DNA of 64,000 bases from Gammaproteobacteria bacterium (GTDB taxonomy: Bacteria > Pseudomonadota > Gammaproteobacteria > Natronospirales > JAJUFS01). Shown piece by piece: positions 47,467 through 60,839 of this stretch (position 1 is the first letter of the stretch; every line of letters begins with the position of its first letter). Made by a program: the position numbers and the translations under genes. The DNA lies in the NCBI GenBank assembly GCA_036381715.1, contig DASVCH010000122.1:4-64003 (forward strand). The letters are read 5' to 3'. The notes under the pieces were generated by a model. It saw only the letters and a program-made list of their open reading frames with translations, had not been told where the DNA came from and searched no databases.

Positions 47467-49731
47467 ATGCCGGACAACGGACAAGCCACAAGGGGCGGGG
47501 CATTGCGGTTCAGATCCATCCTCATTCGCGCCGGCATCACGCTCGGCGTTCTCACCGTGTTTTTCCTGCACGTCTGGGAAATTCCCGAGATCCGCTTCAT
47601 CACGCAGCTCGAAAACATCGCCTACGACGCGCGAGTCCGGCTCACCATGCCGCGTACGCCAGGCCGCAATGTCGTCATTGTCGACATCGACGAGCGCTCC
47701 ATCGGCGTGGAAGGCCACTGGCCCTGGCCGCGCGATCGTCTCGCTCACCTGGCGGATCAGCTGTTCGAGCGATACGGGGTGCGCGCGCTGGGCTTCGACA
47801 TCAATTTTCCGGAAAGCGACCGCGACAGCGGTGCGGATATTCTGCAGCGGCTGGCCAACGATGAACTGTCCGAAAACGCCGCTTTCCTGCGGGCCTTTGA
47901 AAAACTGCAGCCGACCCTGCAGACCGACGCGCGGTTTGCCGATGCGCTCAAGGGGCGCAACGTCGTGCTGGGTTACGTGTTCCGCCAGGACGTGGTGCAA
48001 GGGCGTGACGCAGGGATCGGCGTGCTGCCGCCGCCGGCGCTTGCCAGGGACGAAGTCGCCGGCGCAATCGAGTTCATCGAGCCGCAGGGGTTTACCGGCA
48101 ACCTGCGCATCCTGCAGGAGGCTGCCGCGAATGGCGGGTTCTTCGATAATCCGACAGTCGATCAGGACGGAGTCTATCGCCGCGTGCCGGCGTTGCAAAT
48201 GTATGACGGCAACGTCTATGTCTCGCTTGGTGTGCAACTGGCGCGCGCGGTCAGCGGCTGGCCGGAACTGGAATTCGCCTGGACGCCGGGCCGGCCTTCG
48301 AATGATCCGAAGTATCTCGAATATCTGCAGATCGGCGACCTGCGCGTTCCGGTCGATCATGAGCTCGCCCTTTATGTGCCGTATCGCGGTCCTGCATTCA
48401 CGATTCCCTACGTTTCCGCAAGCGATGTAATGGCCGGCACCGCCGACCGGGAATTGCTGCGCGACAAGATTGTGCTCGTCGGCACCAGCGCGCCCGGTTT
48501 GTACGACATGCGCGTGACGCCGGTGAGCGAGGTGTTCGTCGGCGTGGAAGTGCACGCAAGCATCGTCGACGGCATCCTCTCCCAGCGCCTGAAATCGCAG
48601 CCTTATTACATTGAAGGCGCGCGTCTCTCCCTGCTGGTCCTGCTGGCCGTGCTGATGACGTTCGTCATGGCGCGCTGGTCAGTGGTGCCGTCGACGCTCG
48701 CAACCTTGCTGGTCGCCGCCGCGCTGATCGGCGGCAACCTGATCGCCTGGCAGCGTTACGACCTCATCGTGCCGCTCGCGCCGCCGCTCTTGTTCGTATT
48801 TATCGTATTCGTGTTGCAGGTTCTTTACGGCCTGCTGATCGAAAGCCGCGGCAAGCGGCACCTGTCGCAGATGTTCGGCCAGTACATTCCGCCCGAACTG
48901 GTCGAGGAAATGGATCGCAACCGGCAGACCGTGTCGCTGGAAGGCGAAAGCCGCGAAATGAGCGTGCTGTTTTCCGACGTGCGCGGTTTCACCGGCGTGT
49001 CGGAAGGACTCGATCCGAAACAGCTGGCGCAGCTGATGAACGAATTCCTCACCCCGTTGACCCGCGCGATTCACGAACGCCGCGGCACCATCGACAAGTA
49101 CATGGGCGACGCGGTGATGGCCTTCTGGGGCGCGCCGTTGCCGGACGCCGAACATGCGTCGCACGCCGTCGCCGCCGCGCTGGACATGGTCGGCGTCATG
49201 CGCGGGCTCGGGTCGGAGTTCAGGGCGAAGGGCTGGCCGGCGCTGCAGGTCGGCATCGGCGTGAACACCGGACCGATGAACGTCGGCAACATGGGCTCGG
49301 AATTTCGCATGGCGTACACGGTGATGGGCGACGCCGTGAACCTGGGCTCGCGCCTGGAAGCCCTGACACGCACCTACGCGGTCGACATTATCGTTTCGGA
49401 GAGCACGCGCGACGCCGCACCGGAATTCGCGTACCTTGAACTCGACCGGGTGCAGGTCAAGGGCAAGGCTGAAGCGGTCACCATTTTCGAGCCGCTGGGT
49501 CTGCGCGACACGCTGCCGAAGGATTCGAAACAGTTGCGCTCGCGGCACAAGCAGGCGCTGATGCTTTACCGGCAGCAGCAATGGGACGCGGCGGAACGCG
49601 AATTCTTCTCGCTCGCGCAATCGCATCCCGACAAGCCGCTGTACCGCCTGTATCTCGATCGCATTGCACACTTCCGCAACCATCCGCCGCCTGCGGGCTG
49701 GGACGGTGTTTTCACCTTTTCGACGAAGTAA
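47467..49731 (+). CDS. CHASE2-sensor class III adenylate/guanylate cyclase (catalytic residues intact)
   Basis: N-terminal TM helix, periplasmic CHASE2-type region (VVIVDIDERSI...WPWPR), three TM helices, then MSVLFSDVRGFT...YMGDAVMAFWGAP...IGVNTGPMNVGNMGS...YTVMGDAVNLGSRLE. Confidence 0.88.
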   Translation: MPDNGQATRGGALRFRSILIRAGITLGVLTVFFLHVWEIPEIRFITQLENIAYDARVRLTMPRTPGRNVVIVDIDERSIGVEGHWPWPRDRLAHLADQLFERYGVRALGFDINFPESDRDSGADILQRLANDELSENAAFLRAFEKLQPTLQTDARFADALKGRNVVLGYVFRQDVVQGRDAGIGVLPPPALARDEVAGAIEFIEPQGFTGNLRILQEAAANGGFFDNPTVDQDGVYRRVPALQMYDGNVYVSLGVQLARAVSGWPELEFAWTPGRPSNDPKYLEYLQIGDLRVPVDHELALYVPYRGPAFTIPYVSASDVMAGTADRELLRDKIVLVGTSAPGLYDMRVTPVSEVFVGVEVHASIVDGILSQRLKSQPYYIEGARLSLLVLLAVLMTFVMARWSVVPSTLATLLVAAALIGGNLIAWQRYDLIVPLAPPLLFVFIVFVLQVLYGLLIESRGKRHLSQMFGQYIPPELVEEMDRNRQTVSLEGESREMSVLFSDVRGFTGVSEGLDPKQLAQLMNEFLTPLTRAIHERRGTIDKYMGDAVMAFWGAPLPDAEHASHAVAAALDMVGVMRGLGSEFRAKGWPALQVGIGVNTGPMNVGNMGSEFRMAYTVMGDAVNLGSRLEALTRTYAVDIIVSESTRDAAPEFAYLELDRVQVKGKAEAVTIFEPLGLRDTLPKDSKQLRSRHKQALMLYRQQQWDAAEREFFSLAQSHPDKPLYRLYLDRIAHFRNHPPPAGWDGVFTFSTK

Positions 49732-49879
49732 CGGAACCGGCGCTTGAAAACTCCGTGTTTGCCCCCACAACGGCACACGGTTTCCCGACGGCCAAGCTTC
49801 GCCTGCGAACTTCCCAAGCGGTACTTCTGAGGGGATTCCCGGCAGGGAAAGCCGCTTTCGATTCGGCTAAAATCACGGC

Positions 49880-50197
49880 ATGAGCGACTTCAAGAACGAA
49901 CCAGGTCACGGACTGGCGCTTGACGAGGCCCGTCCGAAACTCAAACGGCCGCCGCTGTTCAAGGTGGTGTTGCTGAATGACGATTACACGCCGATGGAAT
50001 TCGTCGTCGAGGTGCTGCAGAAATTCTTCCGCCTCGACAGGCAGCGAGCCGTGCAGATCATGTTGCACGTGCACACCCGCGGCAAGGGCATCTGCGGCGT
50101 GTTCACTTACGAGATCGCGGAAACGAAGTCCGCGCAGGTCACCGATTATGCCCGGGAACATCAGCACCCGCTGATGTGCACCGTCGAAGAGGCGTAA
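49880..50197 (+). CDS. clpS: ATP-dependent Clp protease adaptor
   Basis: [27 protein letters not shown]...[19 protein letters not shown]. Confidence 0.96.
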   Translation: MSDFKNEPGHGLALDEARPKLKRPPLFKVVLLNDDYTPMEFVVEVLQKFFRLDRQRAVQIMLHVHTRGKGICGVFTYEIAETKSAQVTDYAREHQHPLMCTVEEA

Positions 50198-50213
50198 GCC
50201 TCAAGAGGTCCGA

Positions 50214-52481
50214 ATGCTGAGCAAGGAACTGGAAGTCTGTCTGAACGAAGCGTTTTCCGGCGCGCGCCGCCGGCGGCATGAGTTCATCACCGTCGAGCAT
50301 CTGCTGCTGTCGCTGCTCGACTCCGGCCGCGTGGTCGAAATTCTGCGCGCCTGCGGCGCGAACGTGGAACTGCTGCGCAAGGAACTTGAAACCTTCCTCG
50401 ATGAAAACACGCCGCGCCTCGCGGAGAACGTCACCGACGACGTGCAGCCGACGCTGGGTTTCCAGCGCGTCCTGCAGCGCGCCGTGTTTCACGTGCAGTC
50501 GTCCGGCCGCAAGGAAGTGACGGCGGCGAACGTGCTGGTCGCGATCTTCGGCGAGAAGGAAAGCCACGCGGTCTATCTTCTGAACGCGCAGGGCGTGAAC
50601 CGTCTCGATGTCGTCAACTTCGTCTCGCACGGCATTTCGAAGATTCATGGCGACGAACCGGCGGACGAGTCCATCAACCCGCCGGCGGACGAGGACGCTG
50701 TCGGCGAGGCGGGCGGCAATCCGCTGGACAATTTCGCAAGCAATCTCAACGAACGCGCGAAGCAGGGCAAGATCGATCCGCTGATCGGCCGCGCGCTCGA
50801 AGTCGAACGCACCGTGCAGATTCTCTGCCGGCGGCGCAAGAACAATCCGCTGTTCGTCGGCGAGGCCGGCGTCGGCAAGACCGCCATCGCGGAAGGCATT
50901 GCCAAGCAGATCGTCGATGGCCAGGTGCCGGACGTGCTCGAAGACGCGGTCATCTATTCGCTGGATCTCGGCGCGCTGGTTGCCGGCACGAAGTATCGCG
51001 GCGATTTCGAGAAGCGACTGAAAGGCGTGCTGGCGGAACTGCGGAAACAGCCGCACGCGATCCTGTTCATCGACGAGATCCACACCGTCATCGGCGCGGG
51101 TGCGGCGAGCGGCGGCGTGATGGACGCCTCGAACCTCATCAAGCCGATGCTCGCCAACGGCGAACTGAAATGCATCGGCTCGACCACCTACCAGGAATAC
51201 CGCGGCATTTTCGAGAAGGATCGCGCGCTGTCGCGGCGTTTCCAGAAGATCGACGTGCCGGAGCCGACGGTCGCGGAAACCATCGAGATCCTGAAAGGCC
51301 TGCGGTCGCGTTTCGAGGAGCATCACGACGTCAAGTATCCGACGAAGACCCTGCAGGCGGCGGCGGAACTTTCCGCGAAACACATCAACGACCGGCACCT
51401 GCCCGACAAGGCGATCGACGTGATCGACGAGGCCGGCGCTAACCTGCGCCTGCTGCCCGCAAACAAGCGGCGCAAGAGCGTCACCGTGCAGGACGTCGAG
51501 AACATCGTCGCGAAGATCGCGCGCATCCCGCCCAAGAGCGTGTCGGTTTCCGACAGGGACGTGCTGAAGAACCTGGACCGCAACCTGCGGCTCGTGATCT
51601 ACGGCCAGGACAAGGCCATCGAAACGCTGTCGGCCGCGATCAAGATGTCGCGCTCGGGGCTCGGGCCGGAGAACAAGCCGATCGGTTCCTTCCTGTTCGC
51701 GGGTCCGACCGGCGTCGGCAAGACCGAGGTCACGCGGCAGCTCGCGAAGGCCATGGGCATCGAACTCGTGCGCTTCGACATGTCCGAGTACATGGAACGC
51801 CACACGGTCTCGCGCCTGATCGGCGCGCCGCCGGGATACGTCGGTTTCGACCAGGGCGGCCTGCTCACGGAAGCCGTCATCAAGAACCCGCACTGCGTGC
51901 TGCTGCTGGATGAAATCGAGAAGGCGCATCCGGAAGTCTTCAACCTGCTGCTGCAGGTGATGGATCACGGCACGCTGACGGACAACAACGGCCGCAAGGC
52001 GGATTTCCGCAACGTGATCCTGGTGATGACGACCAATGCGGGCGCACAGGAAATGAGCCGCGCGTCGATCGGCTTTTCCAGCCAGGACAACTCGACCGAC
52101 GCGATGGAAGTCATCCGGCGCGTGTTCACGCCGGAATTCCGCAACCGCCTCGACGCCATCATCCAGTTCGAGGGTCTCGACGAGCGCACCATCGCGCAGG
52201 TTGTGGACAAGTTCATCGTCGAACTGGAAACGCAGCTGGAGGAGAAGGGCGTCAGTATCGAGGTCGATGACGAGGCGCGCACCTGGATCGCCGCACGCGG
52301 CTATGATCCGAAGATGGGCGCGCGGCCGATGGCGCGTGTCGTCCAGGAGCACATCAAGCGGCCGCTGGCGGAGGAGCTGCTGTTCGGCAAGCTTGCGAAC
52401 GGCGGCACCGTGAAAGTCGGCGTCACGAATGACGCGCTCGACATCTCGATCACGGCGGGCGGGGCGGAAGCGACGGTCTGA
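50214..52481 (+). CDS. clpA: ATP-dependent Clp protease ATP-binding subunit
   Basis: Clp_N repeats and two AAA+ modules ([19 protein letters not shown]). Confidence 0.97.
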   Translation: MLSKELEVCLNEAFSGARRRRHEFITVEHLLLSLLDSGRVVEILRACGANVELLRKELETFLDENTPRLAENVTDDVQPTLGFQRVLQRAVFHVQSSGRKEVTAANVLVAIFGEKESHAVYLLNAQGVNRLDVVNFVSHGISKIHGDEPADESINPPADEDAVGEAGGNPLDNFASNLNERAKQGKIDPLIGRALEVERTVQILCRRRKNNPLFVGEAGVGKTAIAEGIAKQIVDGQVPDVLEDAVIYSLDLGALVAGTKYRGDFEKRLKGVLAELRKQPHAILFIDEIHTVIGAGAASGGVMDASNLIKPMLANGELKCIGSTTYQEYRGIFEKDRALSRRFQKIDVPEPTVAETIEILKGLRSRFEEHHDVKYPTKTLQAAAELSAKHINDRHLPDKAIDVIDEAGANLRLLPANKRRKSVTVQDVENIVAKIARIPPKSVSVSDRDVLKNLDRNLRLVIYGQDKAIETLSAAIKMSRSGLGPENKPIGSFLFAGPTGVGKTEVTRQLAKAMGIELVRFDMSEYMERHTVSRLIGAPPGYVGFDQGGLLTEAVIKNPHCVLLLDEIEKAHPEVFNLLLQVMDHGTLTDNNGRKADFRNVILVMTTNAGAQEMSRASIGFSSQDNSTDAMEVIRRVFTPEFRNRLDAIIQFEGLDERTIAQVVDKFIVELETQLEEKGVSIEVDDEARTWIAARGYDPKMGARPMARVVQEHIKRPLAEELLFGKLANGGTVKVGVTNDALDISITAGGAEATV

Positions 52482-52499
52482 GTTTTTGCGGGAAAGCTG

Positions 52500-52545
52500 A
52501 AGAGCAATGGAGAGGATTAACAGGATTTTTCAGGATTAACAGGAT
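52500..52545. repeat. 46-bp REP-like element (copy 2, inverted relative to 11887-11932)
   Basis: AAGAGCAATGGAGAGGATTAACAGGATTTTTCAGGATTAACAGGAT. Its reverse complement matches copy 1 apart from 3 mismatches. Confidence 0.9.
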
Positions 52546-52618
52546 CAAGAGCGAAGTCATGCAGGAGCGCGCTCCTCCCCGAATCCAGTAAATCCCGTCC
52601 GTTGTTTTTCTTCATGAA

Positions 52619-52652
52619 TAAAAAAAACCGGCGTCTTGCGCCGGTTTTTTTT
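52619..52652. terminator. bidirectional rho-independent terminator between clpA and infA
   Basis: A-tract, CCGGCG-TCTTG-CGCCGG, then T-tract. Confidence 0.85.
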
Positions 52653-52665
52653 GATTCTTCGAACC

Positions 52666-52884
52666 TTACCTTCCGCGATACACGATCCGCCCCTTCGAAA
52701 GATCGTACGGCGTCAATTCCACCGTCACCTTGTCGCCCGTCAGAATGCGGATGTAATGCTTGCGCATGCGGCCCGAGATGTGCGCTGTAACGACATGACC
52801 GTTGTCCAGCTTCACGCGGAAGGTCGTGTTCGGGAGCGTTTCGAGGACTTCGCCCTCCATCTGGATCGCGTCTTCTTTTGCCAT
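52666..52884 (-). CDS. infA: translation initiation factor IF-1
   Basis: [70 protein letters not shown]. Confidence 0.98.
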   Translation of the reverse strand: MAKEDAIQMEGEVLETLPNTTFRVKLDNGHVVTAHISGRMRKHYIRILTGDKVTVELTPYDLSKGRIVYRGR

Positions 52885-52929
52885 AAGGTGTTGATTCGCC
52901 GGTTTTTGTCGAAGGGCGGGGATTCTGCC

Positions 52930-53667
52930 TCAAGCTTGCCGCGACTGCAACCGCTGCCAGCGGCCGCCGAGCAGGATTTCCAGCGGCCGGAAGCGGCGCT
53001 TGTAATCCATCTTCGGATGCTCCGGCAGCCAGTAGCCGAGATACACCCAGGGCAGCCCTTCGGCGGTCGCGAGTTCAATCAGTTTCAGGATCGCGAAGAC
53101 GCCGAGGCCGCGTTTCTCCGCGTCAGGATCGTAAAACGTGTAAACGGCGGACAGGCCGTCGCGCAACTGGTCGAACACCGCCACGCCCAGGAGCTCCTGG
53201 CCGAAGCGGATTTCGAGGTAGCGGCTCTCGCTCCAGTCCGCGACCAGGAAGTCTTCGAAGGCCTTGCGGCTTTCCGCCAGCATGTGACCGGACGGATGCC
53301 GGCGCGCCTGGTAGCGGTTGTAAAGCGCGAGCAGGTCGTCGTCGCACCACGGCTGCTGGATGGAAACCTCAAGACTGTCGTTCCGGTGCAGGTTGCGCCG
53401 CTGGCTGCGGTCGGGGCGAAACGCGGCAACATCGACGCGCGCCGCGATGCACGCGCCGCAGGACCTGCATTCGGGGCGGTACAGGTAGCGGCCGCTGCGG
53501 CGAAAACCCTGTTCGGCCAGCAGGGTCTGCATTTCCTTGTCCGGTACGTGGCGCGGATCGCCGAAGACGGTGCGCGCCTGGCGATCGTCGTAGTAACTGC
53601 ACTCGTGATCCGGCGTCAGGTAAAGCGGCAGTCGCCTGTCCCTGATGCGATGGTCGCCCGTGTTCAT
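52930..53667 (-). CDS. bpt: arginyl/aspartyl-tRNA--protein transferase (Bpt/Ate)
   Basis: Cys cluster CSYY...CRSCGAC and YLGYW motif. ORF 52930..53994 trimmed to ATG 53667, which overlaps the aat stop. Confidence 0.88.
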   Translation of the reverse strand: MNTGDHRIRDRRLPLYLTPDHECSYYDDRQARTVFGDPRHVPDKEMQTLLAEQGFRRSGRYLYRPECRSCGACIAARVDVAAFRPDRSQRRNLHRNDSLEVSIQQPWCDDDLLALYNRYQARRHPSGHMLAESRKAFEDFLVADWSESRYLEIRFGQELLGVAVFDQLRDGLSAVYTFYDPDAEKRGLGVFAILKLIELATAEGLPWVYLGYWLPEHPKMDYKRRFRPLEILLGGRWQRLQSRQA

Positions 53668-54416
53668 GTGCGCGCTTCTCCTGCCGGGTCGAATGTCCCG
53701 AGGTCGTCCGTCGCGACGCCGAGCTGCCAGCGGCCGGGCGAATCGTGTTCGGCGTGGATTTCCAGCAGGCGCAGGAACGCGTCGCGCGGGATTTCGCGGC
53801 TGCCGAGCGAGGCGAGATGCGCGGACGCCACCTGGCAATCCAGCACGGCGAAACCGCGCGCGATCATTTCGCGGACGAGAACGGCGAGCGCCGCCTTCGA
53901 GGCGTCGGTATCGCGCGAGAACATCGACTCGCCAAAGAACACGCGCCCGCACGCGACACCGTAGATGCCGCCGACAAGGTTTGCGCCGCTCCAAACTTCG
54001 ACGGAATGCGCGTGTCCCTTCGCGTGCAGATCACAGTACGCGGCGAACATGTCGTCGGTGATCCAGGTGCCGCCGGCCTGGTCGTGGCGCGCGGTGGTCG
54101 CGCAACCCCGAATCACGCCCTCGAAATCGGCATCGATGGAAAAGGTGAAAGACTTTCGCTTCAAGGTGCGGCGCAGGCGGCGGCTGAGATGCAGTTCGGC
54201 GGGAAAAAGCACGGCGCGCGGATCGGGCGACCACCACAGCACCGGCTGGCCGGGATTGAACCAGGGGAAAATGCCTTTTTTATAGGCGCTCAGGAGGCGG
54301 TCGCGGCTGAGGTCGCCGCCGACGGCAAGCAGCCCGTCGGGGTCGCGCAGCGCCCGGTCCACCGGCGGAAACGCGTCGGCGGGTTCGTCCGGCGTTATCC
54401 AGTGCAGGCCGGTCAT
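53664..54416 (-). CDS. aat: leucyl/phenylalanyl-tRNA--protein transferase
   Basis: LLAVGGDLSRDRLLSAYKKGIFPWFNPGQPVLWWSPDPRAVL...GESMFS. Confidence 0.93.
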   Translation of the reverse strand: MTGLHWITPDEPADAFPPVDRALRDPDGLLAVGGDLSRDRLLSAYKKGIFPWFNPGQPVLWWSPDPRAVLFPAELHLSRRLRRTLKRKSFTFSIDADFEGVIRGCATTARHDQAGGTWITDDMFAAYCDLHAKGHAHSVEVWSGANLVGGIYGVACGRVFFGESMFSRDTDASKAALAVLVREMIARGFAVLDCQVASAHLASLGSREIPRDAFLRLLEIHAEHDSPGRWQLGVATDDLGTFDPAGEART

Positions 54417-55534
54417 GAACTGCGAAACGGCAGATGCTGCCGGCAGTCTTCGATGTAGCGTTCAAGCATCACGGTCTCCCGTGCCAGCGCTTCACGCACC
54501 GCGGCTTCAAGGCCCGGGTGATTGAAACGGTGCAGCGACCAGCAGGCAACCGGAGCGAAACCGCGCGCGAGCTTGTGTTCGCCCTGGACGCCGGGATCGT
54601 AGCGTTGCAATCCGTTTTCAAGACAGTACGCGATGCCCTGATAATAACACGCCTCGAAATGCAGTCCGGGCAGCTCCGCGAGCGTTCCCCACCAGCGGCC
54701 GTAAAGCGTTTGTGCGTCGCGCAGGCAGATCGCGGCGGCGAGCGTTGCGTCGTCGCGTTCGCCGAGAAAGACGACGAGCGAGTCGGGCAGGGCATTCGCG
54801 AGCATCGAAAAGAACATCGGGGTGAGGTACGGCGCCTGGCCGCGCAGGTGATAGGTGCGCGCGTAGCAGCGATGGATTTCCGCAAGAAGGCGTTCGTCGA
54901 GATCGCGTCCGTGCAGCACGCGAAAATGCACGCCCGCGTCCGCAACCTGCTTCCGTTCGCGGCGGATTTCCTTGCGGCGTTTCTGCTTGAGCGCGGCGAG
55001 AAAACCGTCGAAATCGCCGTAGTCCGCGTCGCTCCATACGAAACGCGTGTTCATGCGCGCGAGAAAGTCGTGCGCCTGCCAGGTTTCATGTTCTTCGGGC
55101 GCGGGAAACAGGACGTGCCAGCTGAGAATTTCCTCATGCCGCATGCGTTCGAGTCCGGCTTCGATCAGCGCTTCGGCGTGTTCGCCGAGCAGGCGCGGGC
55201 CGGTGACCGGCGTGAACGGAACCGCGGTCAGAAGTTTTGGATAGTAACGCAGGCCCGCGCGATGGCAGGCGTCCGCCCAGGCGAAATCGAAAACGAACTC
55301 GCCGTAGGAATGGTGTTTGCGGTAAAGAGGCAGCGCGCCGGACAGTCGCTCATCGGTAAACGCGAGCTGATGCGCGGCTTCCCAGCCGGTGGATGCGTCC
55401 GCGCTCGAGGATCGTTCGAGCGCGTCCAGGTACGCATGTGAAACGAAGGGATGATCGGCGCCCGCGAGCGCGTTCCACTCGGCGGGCGCGATGTCGCCGA
55501 GGCCGTCCGCAGTCCTGGTGCGCGGTGCGGCCAT
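54413..55534 (-). CDS. FemAB-like / DUF482 (GNAT-fold) protein
   Basis: DIAPAEWNALAGADHPFVSHAYLDALERSSSADASTGWEAAHQL matches the DUF482 N-terminal pattern as I remember it. ATGA overlap with the aat start. Confidence 0.65.
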   Translation of the reverse strand: MAAPRTRTADGLGDIAPAEWNALAGADHPFVSHAYLDALERSSSADASTGWEAAHQLAFTDERLSGALPLYRKHHSYGEFVFDFAWADACHRAGLRYYPKLLTAVPFTPVTGPRLLGEHAEALIEAGLERMRHEEILSWHVLFPAPEEHETWQAHDFLARMNTRFVWSDADYGDFDGFLAALKQKRRKEIRRERKQVADAGVHFRVLHGRDLDERLLAEIHRCYARTYHLRGQAPYLTPMFFSMLANALPDSLVVFLGERDDATLAAAICLRDAQTLYGRWWGTLAELPGLHFEACYYQGIAYCLENGLQRYDPGVQGEHKLARGFAPVACWSLHRFNHPGLEAAVREALARETVMLERYIEDCRQHLPFRSS

Positions 55535-55544
55535 GATCGAAGGG

Positions 55545-57709
<2,165 letters not shown>

Positions 57710-57780
57710 CAGTCGGGGTGGAATAATTTTTCCAGATAATATAAACAGTTACGTAAAGTAGCTGAGAATCGGGGTCAACA

Positions 57781-60123
57781 TTGGCGCAGGCTAAGCGCAC
57801 AAAGAAGCGCGACGACGACGAACCGGTACTGGGGCACCAGTTGACCCGCGGACTGCGTGAAGCGGCGCTGTGGGTGTTCGTCGGCCTGGCGCTCCTGCTG
57901 GGCGCGGCGCTGGTCAGCTATCACCATCTCGACCCCGGTTTCACGTACACGGGCGGCGACGGCCCGATCCGGAACTGGATCGGGCCGGTCGGCGCCTATG
58001 CCGCCGACCTGTTGCTCCTTTTGTTCGGCTATCCGGCGCATCTTTTCCCCGTTCTCGTATTGCTCGCGGGCTGGATGATCTTCTCCGCGAAGCCGGTGAT
58101 GGACGGCCCCGTCAACAAGCTGGTCGTCTCGCTCAAGCTGCTCGGTTTCGTGCTCACCCTCGCGGGCGCCGCGGCACTGGCGCACCTGCACTGGCAGATA
58201 TCGCCCGAGGCTGCGCCGAAAGGTTCCGGCGGCATTCTCGGCAGTTTCATCGGCGACGGCCTGGCGGGCCTTTTGAGCGATCTTGGCGCGACCGTGCTGT
58301 TGCTCGCGCTGTTTCTCGGCGGCGTGACGCTGTTCACCGGCGTCTCCTGGCTGCGGGTGATGGACGCGACCGGACGCTGGACGCTCACCTTGCTTGAGGT
58401 GCTGCGCAATCGCATGGAGCGCGCCCGGCAGGCGATGGAAGACCAGAAGTCGCGCCAGCAGCGCGTGGAGCTGGTGCGCGTTGCGACCGAGCAGCGCAAG
58501 GAATTGCCGAAGCCGAAAATCGAGCCCGCGATCGTGAAGGTCGAACCGAGCCTGCGCGTGGAAAAGGAACGCCAGGTGCAGATGTTCGAGTTCGAAGCCG
58601 CGGCCAGCGGCGAACTGCCGCCGCTCTCGCTGCTGGACAATCCGCCGAAGAAGGTGCAGGGCTACTCCCAGGAAGCGCTCGAAGCCATGTCGCGGCTGGT
58701 GGAAATGAAGCTCGCGGACTTCGGCGTCGAGGTGCAGGTCGTGGCGGTGAATCCCGGTCCCGTGATCACGCGCTTCGAACTGCAGCCGGCGCCCGGCGTC
58801 AAGGTCAGCCAGATTTCCAATCTTTCCAAGGACCTTGCGCGCGCGCTGTCGGCGATTTCCGTGCGGGTCGTGGAAGTCATTCCCGGCAAGTCCACCGTCG
58901 GCCTCGAGATTCCGAACGAGGCGCGCGAAATCGTCACCCTGGGCGAAATTCTCAAGTCGCAGGAATACGACCGCACCGGCTCGCCGATCACGCTCGCGCT
59001 CGGCAAGGACATTTCGGGTTACCCGGTTGTCGCGGATCTCGCGCGCATGCCGCATCTTCTGATCGCCGGTACGACGGGTTCCGGCAAGTCCGTCGCGATC
59101 AACGCCATGATCCTGTCGCTGCTGTACAAGGCGACCGCACCGGACGTGCGCCTGATCATGATCGACCCGAAGATGCTGGAGCTTTCCGTTTACGAGGGCA
59201 TCCCGCACCTGCTTGCGCCGGTCGTCACCGACATGAAGGAAGCCGCGAACGCGCTGCGCTGGTGTGTCGCGGAAATGGAACGGCGCTACAAGCTGATGGC
59301 TGCTGTCGGCGTGCGCAACATCGCCGGCTACAACCGGCGCGTGAAAGAGGCTGCGGAAAAGGGCGAGCCGCTCAAGGATCCGTTGTTCAAACCGGGAGAA
59401 ACGCTGGACGGCGAAATGGCGGAAGCGCCCGACCTGCAGCACCTGCCGCTGCTTGTCGTCATCATCGACGAACTCGCCGACATGATGATGGTGGTCGGCA
59501 AGAAGGTCGAGGAACTGATCGCCCGCCTCGCGCAGAAGGCGCGCGCTTCCGGCATTCACCTCATTCTCGCCACGCAGCGGCCGTCGGTGGACGTCATCAC
59601 CGGCCTCATCAAGGCGAACATTCCGACGCGCATCGCCTTCCAGGTTTCCTCGCGCGTGGATTCGCGCACCATCCTCGACCAGATGGGCGCGGAGAACCTG
59701 CTCGGTCACGGCGACATGTTGTACCTGCCGGCCGGCACGGGCGTGCCGACGCGCGTGCACGGCGCGTTCGTATCCGATGCCGAAGTGCACCGCGTGGTGA
59801 AATCGCTCAAGACGGCGGGCGAGCCGCATTACATCGACGAGATTCTCGACGGGCCTTCCGAGGCCGTGCCCGGCTTGTCCGCGGGCAATGGCGGCGGTGA
59901 CCCCGACGGCGAAGGCGGCGAGGGCGATCCGCTCTACGACCAGGCTGTCGCGATCGTGACCGAAACGCGCAAGGCGTCGATCTCGGGTGTGCAGCGCCGG
60001 CTCAAGATCGGCTACAACCGCGCCGCGCGCATGATCGAGGAAATGGAAGCGGCCGGGATTGTCAGTCCGCCGCAGACGAACGGCGTGCGGGAAGTGCTGG
60101 CACCGCCGCCGCCGAAAGATTGA
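57781..60123 (+). CDS. ftsK: DNA translocase
   Basis: N-terminal TM helices, linker, motor domain with [19 protein letters not shown], and a C-terminal gamma winged helix ([23 protein letters not shown]). TTG start. Confidence 0.96.
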   Translation: MAQAKRTKKRDDDEPVLGHQLTRGLREAALWVFVGLALLLGAALVSYHHLDPGFTYTGGDGPIRNWIGPVGAYAADLLLLLFGYPAHLFPVLVLLAGWMIFSAKPVMDGPVNKLVVSLKLLGFVLTLAGAAALAHLHWQISPEAAPKGSGGILGSFIGDGLAGLLSDLGATVLLLALFLGGVTLFTGVSWLRVMDATGRWTLTLLEVLRNRMERARQAMEDQKSRQQRVELVRVATEQRKELPKPKIEPAIVKVEPSLRVEKERQVQMFEFEAAASGELPPLSLLDNPPKKVQGYSQEALEAMSRLVEMKLADFGVEVQVVAVNPGPVITRFELQPAPGVKVSQISNLSKDLARALSAISVRVVEVIPGKSTVGLEIPNEAREIVTLGEILKSQEYDRTGSPITLALGKDISGYPVVADLARMPHLLIAGTTGSGKSVAINAMILSLLYKATAPDVRLIMIDPKMLELSVYEGIPHLLAPVVTDMKEAANALRWCVAEMERRYKLMAAVGVRNIAGYNRRVKEAAEKGEPLKDPLFKPGETLDGEMAEAPDLQHLPLLVVIIDELADMMMVVGKKVEELIARLAQKARASGIHLILATQRPSVDVITGLIKANIPTRIAFQVSSRVDSRTILDQMGAENLLGHGDMLYLPAGTGVPTRVHGAFVSDAEVHRVVKSLKTAGEPHYIDEILDGPSEAVPGLSAGNGGGDPDGEGGEGDPLYDQAVAIVTETRKASISGVQRRLKIGYNRAARMIEEMEAAGIVSPPQTNGVREVLAPPPPKD

Positions 60124-60182
60124 AGGAACGTCACCGCGATCGCCATTGTCGAAATCACTCATCCCTTCGCGAGTTTCCCGAC

Positions 60183-60839
60183 ATGACACTTTTACGAAAC
60201 CTCCTGCTGGCTTTCCTGCTTGCCGCGCCGACGGCGGCGATCGCCAATGACGCCGAAGCCGTTGCCGCCCTGAACGAAGTGCTGGATGGCCTTGAAACCC
60301 TGCAGGCCGACTTCACGCAGACCGTGCTGAACGACGAACTCGAGCCGGTGCGCGAAAGCCGCGGCACGTTCAAGCTGAAGCGCGCCGGCGACGGCGGAAA
60401 AGGCAAGTTCCGCTGGGATTACGTCGCGCCGTTCAGGCAGGTGATTGTCGGCGACGGCACCAATCTCTGGACGTACGATCCGGAACTCGAGCAGGCGACG
60501 GTGAAACCGATGCAGGAAACGCTGGCGAGCTCGCCCGCGTCCCTGCTCACCGGCACCACGCCGGTCGAGGAATCGTTCGAGATCCATGAAATCGGCCAGG
60601 CGGGCGAGCTGTACTGGATCGAACTCGTGCCGCGCGTCCAGGACACGGACTTCCAGAGCGTGCGGGTGGCGGTCAACGACGACAGGCTCGATACCATGGA
60701 ATTGCGCGACAACCTCGGTCAGACCACGCGCATCCGTTTCGACAACGTTCAGCGCAACGCGCCGATCGATGCCGGAAGTTTCGAATTCACGCCGCCGGAA
60801 AACGCCGACGTCATCGGCGAGCCCTTGCCGGTGAACTGA
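60183..60839 (+). CDS. lolA: outer-membrane lipoprotein carrier protein
   Basis: Signal peptide MTLLRNLLLAFLLAAPTAAIA, FTQTV...G.F...P.KFRW pattern, ftsK-lolA-rarA linkage. Confidence 0.9.
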   Translation: MTLLRNLLLAFLLAAPTAAIANDAEAVAALNEVLDGLETLQADFTQTVLNDELEPVRESRGTFKLKRAGDGGKGKFRWDYVAPFRQVIVGDGTNLWTYDPELEQATVKPMQETLASSPASLLTGTTPVEESFEIHEIGQAGELYWIELVPRVQDTDFQSVRVAVNDDRLDTMELRDNLGQTTRIRFDNVQRNAPIDAGSFEFTPPENADVIGEPLPVN

